Positions 57,923 to 64,000 of a stretch of DNA of 64,000 bases are shown in pieces. A program made the translations under genes and the position numbers. How positions within the stretch are numbered: the stretch's first letter is position 1; each line of letters begins with the position of its first letter. The notes below the pieces were generated by a model. It was given only the letters and a program-made list of their open reading frames with translations, was not told the origin of the DNA and ran no database searches. Source of the stretch: Thermomicrobiales bacterium (GTDB lineage Bacteria > Chloroflexota > Chloroflexia > Thermomicrobiales > CFX8); the NCBI GenBank assembly GCA_037045155.1, contig JBAOIG010000003.1, forward strand, positions 1,340,111-1,404,110, written 5' to 3'.

Positions 57923-58796
57923 CTACCGTCCCAACGCCCGCCCGATGATGTCGGCGACGCCGGCCGGGCTGTCGGCGACCTCGACGCCGGCGGCGTTGAG
58001 CGCGTCGATCTTCTCCTGCGCGGTGCCGGTCCCACCGGAGATGATCGCGCCGGCGTGGCCCATGCGCTTGCCCGGCGGCGCGGTGCGTCCGGCGATGAAG
58101 CCGGCCATCGGCTTGGTCACGTTCGCCTTGATGTACTCGGCCGCGTCGTTCTCGTCCGTCCCGCCGATCTCACCGATCATCACGATCGCCTCGGTGCCGG
58201 GGTCGTTCTGGAACATCTCCAGCACGTCGATGAACTTGGTGCCGATGATCGGGTCGCCGCCGATGCCAACGACGGTGGATTGCCCCAGGCCGGCCTGCGT
58301 CAGCGCCCAGACCGCCTCGTAGGTGAGCGTGCCGGAGCGCGAGACGAGCCCAACCGGGCCGGGGGTGTGGATGTAGGCGGGCATGATCCCGATCTTCGCC
58401 TGCGACGGCGTGATGAGCCCCGGGCAGTTCGGCCCGATCAGCCGCGCGCCAACCCGCGACACGTGGTCGTAGACCTTGACCATCTCGTTGATCGGGATGT
58501 TCTCGGTGATGCAGATGATCAGCTCGATGCCGTTGTCGGCTGCTTCGAGGATCGCGTCCGGCGCGAAGGCGGCCGGCACGAAGATGATCGACGTGTTGGC
58601 GCCGGTCGCTGCCACGGCCTGGGCAGCGGTGTCGAACACCGGCACGCCGGCGACCTCGCGCGCCGCCCCGCCCGGGTGTGACGCCGGCCACCACCGGCGT
58701 GCCGTACTCGACCATCTGGGTGGTGTGGAAGGTGGCCTCGCGCCCGGTGATGCCCTGGACCAGCAGCCGCGTGTTGTTGCCGACTAAGATACTCAT
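57923..58796 (-). CDS. sucD: succinyl-CoA synthetase alpha subunit, with one +1 frame shift near 58650-58665
   Basis: The N-terminus [45 protein letters not shown] is in one frame. The remainder ([11 protein letters not shown]...[12 protein letters not shown]..) is in ORF 57923..58645. Its ATG overlaps the sucC stop (ATGA). Confidence 0.9.
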
Positions 58797-59944
58797 CTGT
58801 TCTCCTGTTGCGCGGCTGCCACCGCCTGCTGGGCCGCCTCGGCCATCGTCTCGTAGCTGCTCAGGCCGGCGTCGGCCAGGATCTGTCGGCCCTCTGCCTG
58901 GTTCGTGCCAACCAGCCGGATGACCATCGGCACGTTGACGCCGACGGTGTGCATCGCCTCGACGATCCCCTGCGCCACGAGATCGCCGCGGGTGATGCCG
59001 CCGAAGATGTTGAACAGGATCGCCTTCACGTTCGGGTCGGCCAGGATCATCTCCAGCGCCAGCTGAACCTGCGCCGCGCTGGCCCCGCCGCCGACGTCGA
59101 GGAAGTTGGCCGGCTCGCCGCCGTAGAGCTTGACGGCGTCCATCGTCGCCATCGCCAGGCCTGCGCCGTTGACAACGCAGCCGATGTCGCCGTCCAGCTT
59201 GACAAAGGAGATGCCATGCGCCTTGGCCTGCAGCTCGGTCTCGTTCTCCTCGGCCATGTCGCGCAGCTCCTCGAAGTCGGGATGCCGCGGCAGGGCGTTG
59301 TCGTCGATCGTCACCTTCGAGTCGAGTGCCATCCACTGCCGATCCCTGGTCAGGATCAGCGGGTTGATCTCGGCCAGCGAGGCGTCCGCGCCGATGAACG
59401 CGGCGTAGAGCTGCTTGGCGATCTTCGCGAACCCGTTGACGAGGTCCGGCTCGATGCCGAGGTCGAACGCCACCTGCCGCGCCTGGTAGTCCAGCAGGCC
59501 CATCTGGCGATCTGCCGTCATCCGGACGATCTTCTCCGGCGTGTCGCGAGCGACTTCCTCGATGTCGACGCCCCCCTCGGCGCTGGCCATCAGGGTGATG
59601 CCCCGCGCGCCGCGGTCGAGGATGATACCCAGATAGTATTCGCGCTCGATCCCGACGGCCGGAACAACGTAGACCCTGTTGACGATGTGGCCGCGGATAT
59701 CCATCCCGAGGATCTGGCCGGCCCGCTCGCTAGCCTCGGCCGGCGACGACGCCAGCTTGATCCCCCCGGCCTTGCCCCGGCCGCCAGTATGGACCTGCGC
59801 CTTGATCGCAACCGTCCCGGCCGGCCCGACCAGCCGCTCGGCCGCGGCGCTGGCTGCGTCTGCCGTTGTCACAACCTCGCCCGCGTTGACCGGGATGCCA
59901 TAGCCGGCCAATAGTTCTGCCGCCTGATATTCGTGGATATTCAC
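58793..59944 (-). CDS. sucC: succinyl-CoA synthetase beta subunit
   Basis: (V)[31 protein letters not shown] and NIFGGITR blocks. GTG start at 59944. Confidence 0.92.
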   Translation of the reverse strand: MNIHEYQAAELLAGYGIPVNAGEVVTTADAASAAAERLVGPAGTVAIKAQVHTGGRGKAGGIKLASSPAEASERAGQILGMDIRGHIVNRVYVVPAVGIEREYYLGIILDRGARGITLMASAEGGVDIEEVARDTPEKIVRMTADRQMGLLDYQARQVAFDLGIEPDLVNGFAKIAKQLYAAFIGADASLAEINPLILTRDRQWMALDSKVTIDDNALPRHPDFEELRDMAEENETELQAKAHGISFVKLDGDIGCVVNGAGLAMATMDAVKLYGGEPANFLDVGGGASAAQVQLALEMILADPNVKAILFNIFGGITRGDLVAQGIVEAMHTVGVNVPMVIRLVGTNQAEGRQILADAGLSSYETMAEAAQQAVAAAQQENR

Positions 59945-60115
59945 GCGGTGGCGTCTCCTTCCCCATGGGAGCTGGACAAGACCTGTCCAACATCCCGATG
60001 ATAGCATCGTGCCTTTGCAGACTGCTTGCCGCAATGCTATACGGCGCGATTCCTGATATTCTCTTCTGTTATCGCACTCGCGCGGCGCAGCGCGAACAGA
60101 GAAAGGGTTCACGAG

Positions 60116-60775
60116 ATGATCAAACGAGAAGAAAGTCGCCATGATCTGGCGTTCCTGGCCGGCGTCGTCGTCGGCGCAATCTCCGGCGCGCTTGCCGCGC
60201 TGGCGCTGACACCGATGTCTGGCGCCCAGACACGCGAGAAGCTGAAGGATACAACCAGCAACCTGACGCCGGTTCGGGAGAAGGTCGCCGAATCAGCCAG
60301 CCACGCTGTCGCGACGAGCAAGGAGAAGTCAGCCGGCTTCACCGCCGCCGCCAGTCAGGCCCTGGTCACTGGCAAGGAAAAGGCCGCCGACGCAGCCAGC
60401 CACGCCGTCGCGACGAGCAAGGAGATGGCCGCCAGCGCCACAGCCGCCGCCGGCCAGGCCATGGCCACCGGCAAGGAAAAGGCCGCCGACGCCACGACCG
60501 CCGCTAGTCAGGCCCTGGCCACCGGCAAGGAAAAGGCCGCCGACGCAGCCAGCCACGCCGTCGCAACGAGCAAGGAGATGGCTGCCAGCGCCACAGCCGC
60601 CGCCGGCCAGGCAGTCGCCACCGGCAAGGACAAAGCCGCGGAGGTGGCAGCGAGATCACCGCTGCCAGTCGGCCAGAAGGAAGCCGAGCAGGACGTGGTC
60701 GTGCGCGAGGACATCGCCACGCATGCCCCTGAGCCGGACGGCGCCGCCAAGCCCGGGGACACGGAAGACGCCTAG
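60116..60775 (+). CDS. YtxH-like membrane-anchored protein with tandem Ala/Lys-rich repeats
   Basis: The N-terminal FLAGVVVGAISGALAALALTPMSGAQTREKL is a YtxH-type segment. It is followed by repeated TGKEKAADAASHAVATSKEMAASATAAAGQA units. Confidence 0.6.
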   Translation: MIKREESRHDLAFLAGVVVGAISGALAALALTPMSGAQTREKLKDTTSNLTPVREKVAESASHAVATSKEKSAGFTAAASQALVTGKEKAADAASHAVATSKEMAASATAAAGQAMATGKEKAADATTAASQALATGKEKAADAASHAVATSKEMAASATAAAGQAVATGKDKAAEVAARSPLPVGQKEAEQDVVVREDIATHAPEPDGAAKPGDTEDA

Positions 60776-60849
60776 CGCGGGCACACGCACGCCGGCCGAC
60801 CTCATGAGCCGTCCGCAGCGACTATGGCAGGGTACAGGCCAACCCCTGC

Positions 60850-60958
60850 ACCCTGCCATCCCGAGCGCACGCGCGAGAGATCTCCCCTTGTGATTGACTG
60901 CATCGAGCGAGGAGAGATTCTTCGGCTGCGGCCTCAGAATGACAAAGGGTGAAGAGTG
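60850..60958. repeat. single hairpin (REP/MITE-like) unit E
   Basis: ccctGCCATCCCGAGCGCACGCGCGAGAGATCTCC...GGAGAGATTCTTCGGCTGCGGCCTCAGAATGACAAagg. Confidence 0.7.
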
Positions 60959-61068
60959 GCGATCAAGGTTGACACGATCACTGCGGACGACTACTCATTA
61001 GTCGACCGTAGTGGATGTGTCAGGCTGGCAGCTTCCTATTTCTCTGTCATTCTTCGCTCCGCTCAGTG

Positions 61069-61259
61069 CATCGACTAGCATGATGTGTCAGGTTGGCAGG
61101 CTCCCCGCATCTTGTCATCCTGAGCCGCAGCGAAGGATCTCTCCTGTGTCTGAATGCATCGAGCCATGGGGAGATGCTTCGCTGCCGGGCGCCGCTTTGC
61201 GCAGAGCATGGCCAGGGTAATTGTCGAAGGCATATCGACGTGACACATCATGCTAGTCG
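61069..61259. mobile_element. MITE-like element with IS630-related terminal inverted repeats enclosing one hairpin repeat unit (F)
   Basis: tcgactagcatgatgtgtcaggttggcagg (61069-) and its reverse complement cgtgacacatcatgctagtcgg (-61259). By my count, 23 of 28 positions match the left TIR of the adjacent IS. A further degenerate copy lies at about 61001-61031. Confidence 0.45.
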
Positions 61260-61271
61260 GAGCACTCAGTA

Positions 61272-62513
61272 CAGCGACTAGCATGAAGTGACTTGTTGGC
61301 ACAGAACTGGCTGATGGGATGCAACGCAGTTGTGTGCACCAGCGGGAGGGTCTGGCATGAGTAATAAGCAACACGTGGTACGGCTGACGGCAGCGGAACG
61401 AACGGAATTGCGCCAGCTCATTGAGACAGGGTCCGCCCATGCCAGGCGCCTTAAACGCGCCCGCATCCTGCTCAAAGCCGATGCCAGTATCGCCGGACCA
61501 CGGTGGACCGATGTCCAGATTGCGGAGGCACTGGAATGCAGTCCCCGGACGGTCGCGCGACTCCGGGAACGATGCTGTCGTGAGGGTCTGGCCGCCAGTC
61601 TGGGGCGACGTCCCTCGACACGGGTCTATCGGCGACGCTTTGATGGCGCAGCGGAAGCCCGGCTGACCACGCTTGCTTGTAGTCCTGCACCAGCGGGTGC
61701 TGCCCGCTGGACGCTGCGCTTGCTGGCCGATACCGTGGTGGAGCAGGAGATTGTCCCCCAGGTGTGCCCGGAGACGGTCCGCATGACACTTAAAAAAACG
61801 TCCTCAAGCCGTGGCTGAAACGCAGCTGGTGTCTGTCCGGGAAGCCTGATGCGGGATTCGTCGCAGCCATGGAAGATGTGCTCGACGTCTATGCTCGACC
61901 GATCGACCCACTGCGTCCACTAGTCTGCTTTGACGAGAGTGGCAAAGCACTCCGGGGCGATGTCCGTCCCAGTCAGCCAGCTGGACCCGGTCACGCGCTG
62001 CGGGAAGATCCGGCCTATATCCGCCACGGCAGTGCCAACCTCTTTCTCTGGTGTGCGCCCCATCTTGGACAGCGAGGCATCACCGTCACCGAGCGGCGCA
62101 CCCGGGTCGACTGGGCCGTCGCCATGCGCCATCTCGTCGATGAGGTCTTCCCGACGGCGGAGCGGATCGTGGTGGTGCTCGACAATCTCAACATCCATGC
62201 CGACCACTCACTCTATGCGGCGTTCCCGCCCCGGGAGGCAAAGCGCATTCGCGACAAGCTGGAACTGCATTACACCCCCAAGCATGCTTCGTGGCTGAAC
62301 ATCGCCGAACTGGAGTTTAGTGCGCTGGTGCGCCAATGTCTGGATCAGCGCATCCCCACGCCGACGGACTTGCAGCAGGCGGTTGATGCCTGGACAACCC
62401 GGCGCAACAGCCGCGCCAAACCGGTGCAATGGCACTTCATGGTGGAGCACGCACGCATCAAATTGCGCCGGCTGTATCCGGTCCCTGAACTGGACACTTC
62501 ATGCTAGTCGCTG
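61272..62513 (+). mobile_element. IS630-family insertion sequence (1242 bp) with TA target-site duplication
   Basis: 19-nt perfect terminal inverted repeats: cagcgactagcatgaagtg (61272-61290) and cacttcatgctagtcgctg (62495-62513). TA flanks both ends at 61270-61271 and 62514-62515. Confidence 0.85.
61357..62507 (+). CDS. IS630-family DDE transposase produced via -1 ribosomal frameshift at A AAA AAA C (about 61788-61796)
   Basis: ORF1 (HTH domains) ends ..RMTLKKTSSSRG. After a -1 slip on the A7 run the reading becomes TLKKNVLKPWLKRSWC.., continuing into ORF 61869..62507. That ORF carries DDE-type blocks (VCFDESG, VVLDNLNIH, ASWLNIAELEF). Confidence 0.85.
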
Positions 62514-62743
62514 TACTCAGAATGACAGAACCACTGCGGTCGACTACTCATCGTGACAATGGAAGGACCCCCCTCATGCTCGGCCGAGTCCGGACGGCAC
62601 TGAAGTTCTTCACGGTCTGCCTCGCGGCCGGAGTGATCCTCGCTCCGCGTAGCGGCGCAGACACACGAGGCCGGTTCCGCGCCTGGGTGAGACGCGAGCA
62701 TCGCTGACCTGGTCGATCGGGGCTGCGCGATAACGGAACGTCT

Positions 62744-63457
62744 GTGATCCCCATTGGCGACGACAATCGGGCGCGACGCCGGTCGCCGGTCGTCGTCATC
62801 GCGCTGATCCTCCTCAACGCCGCCGTCTTCATCTACGAGCTGTCGCTGCAGCGGCAGGGAAGCGATGTCCTCGGCCACTTCATCTACTCGTGGGGCGCAG
62901 TGCCGATCGAGCTGCTTCACCTGCGCGATTATCCTCCGACGATCCCGCTGCCGATCTGGGTTACCGGGCTTACCTCGATGTTCATCCACGGTGGCTGGCT
63001 GCACCTGCTCGGCAACATGCTCTTTCTCTGGGTCTTCGGCGACAATGTCGAGGACAATATGGGCCATGCGCGGTTTGCGGTGTTCTACCTGCTCTCCGGC
63101 ATCGGCGCTGTTGCCCTCCAGATGCTGATCGACCCCAGCTCGGCCCAGCCGATGATCGGCGCCAGCGGCGCGATCTCGGGCGTGCTGGCCGCCTACCTCG
63201 TGCTCTTTCCCAGAGGTCGCATCCGGGTGCTTATCTGGCTGGGGTTCTTCGTCACGATCATCTCGCTACCCGCGCTGATCGTCATCGGCTTCTGGATCGC
63301 GCTGCAATTCATCAGCGGGCTCGCCTCGGTCGGGCCGGACACCACGCAGACCGGCGGGATCGCCTACTTCGCGCACATCGGCGGCTTCCTGACGGGGCTC
63401 GTGGCCGTCTTCTTCTTCCGCCGTCAACCCCGGCGTCGCCTCGCGCGTTCGCGCTAG
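62744..63457 (+). CDS. rhomboid-family intramembrane serine protease
   Basis: FIHGGWLHLLGNMLFLWVFG, catalytic GASGAISGV, and HIGGFLTG. GTG start. Confidence 0.85.
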   Translation: MIPIGDDNRARRRSPVVVIALILLNAAVFIYELSLQRQGSDVLGHFIYSWGAVPIELLHLRDYPPTIPLPIWVTGLTSMFIHGGWLHLLGNMLFLWVFGDNVEDNMGHARFAVFYLLSGIGAVALQMLIDPSSAQPMIGASGAISGVLAAYLVLFPRGRIRVLIWLGFFVTIISLPALIVIGFWIALQFISGLASVGPDTTQTGGIAYFAHIGGFLTGLVAVFFFRRQPRRRLARSR

Positions 63458-63472
63458 TAGGCGACCAGAAGC

Positions 63473-64000
63473 TCAGCGCGATGGGCGAATAACGTAGAGC
63501 GCGTCTCGGCCGGCATCCAGGACGTAGAGCGAGCCGTCCAGGCCGGACGCGGCAGCCACTGGCCGGTCGAAGCCGGACGCGAACTCGACAACCGCGCCGG
63601 CCGGCACAGCCAGACGAGGCTGATCCGCCGGCAGCAGCCGCACCAGCCGCGCGCCAGAGTCCCCATCGCGCACCACCGCAAGGATGTCGCTAGCTGTCGC
63701 GCCCGCCGTCCCGTCGGCTCGGTAGAGCATCAGCCTGACGACCGACGCATTCGCGCCGAGAGACGACAGATCGATCCTGGCGGTCACATCACCCGTCGCG
63801 GGGTCGAAGCTCGACAACTGGCGGTCTGCCCCGACGAACCAGACGCTGCCGTCCGGCGCGACCAGCATCGGCCCCGAGCCACCTGGCAGATCCTCGGCCC
63901 GCAGGAGGTCGCCCTTGCCATCGATGATGCGCAGAAGGCGTGCGGCGTCGGCAGCTTCCGGGGTGCCGCCTGGCGAGAGCGGCCGGCCCAGCACGACGAC
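63473..64000 (-). CDS. hypothetical beta-propeller-like repeat protein, C-terminal part (N-terminus outside the window)
   Basis: The frame is open to the window edge. Repeated DGS.(W/Y)(F/V).D motifs (APDGSVWFVGAD, GLDGSLYVLDAG) suggest NHL/propeller-type blades. Confidence 0.35.
   Translation of the reverse strand, partial: VVVLGRPLSPGGTPEAADAARLLRIIDGKGDLLRAEDLPGGSGPMLVAPDGSVWFVGADRQLSSFDPATGDVTARIDLSSLGANASVVRLMLYRADGTAGATASDILAVVRDGDSGARLVRLLPADQPRLAVPAGAVVEFASGFDRPVAAASGLDGSLYVLDAGRDALYVIRPSR

Noticed and set aside
62576-62707. 43-codon YtxH-like ORF downstream of the IS630 element as a bona fide gene
   Set aside because: It is too short and has no clear RBS. It may be a fragment or chance similarity, so it is mentioned only under the YtxH finding.

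Overview
High-G+C bacterial chromosomal segment (about two thirds G+C by eye), densely coding on both strands. No rRNA, tRNA or CRISPR array was recognised. All family assignments come from reading motifs in the supplied translations or my own hand translations; no searches were run.

Housekeeping content: dnaA with two DnaA boxes upstream, gltX, moaC, mreD-mrdA, dinB behind a perfect Cheo-type LexA box, methylmalonyl-CoA epimerase and mutase, pdhA-pdhB-E2 and sucC-sucD. There are also MFS transporters, four GNATs and SDR/LLM/FAD oxidoreductases.

Accessory content is concentrated at 32-58 kb:
- A type III-like R-M. Mod is riddled with frame disruptions only in its low-GC central segment; Res is intact.
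- A type I R-M operon. hsdM is frameshifted, hsdS is riddled with lesions, a DUF433/DUF5615 pair is embedded, and hsdR is intact.
- A convergent two-gene operon encoding an LCAT-like lipase and a CHAT-domain protease. This is my top candidate for an undescribed defence or abortive-infection module.
- A GmrSD-like DUF262/DUF1524 gene bracketed by repeat elements.

Elsewhere: a RES/Xre-type TA pair, a HipA-like/DUF3037 pair, and an IS630-family element with an A7 -1 frameshift site and a TA target duplication. At least 16 copies of a ~120-bp hairpin (REP/MITE-like) repeat form arrays that mimic CRISPR but are not CRISPR.

Caveat: housekeeping genes (mreD, the mutase three times, sucD) also carry single-nucleotide frame shifts, nearly all +1. 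Some apparent pseudogenes may therefore be assembly indel errors.
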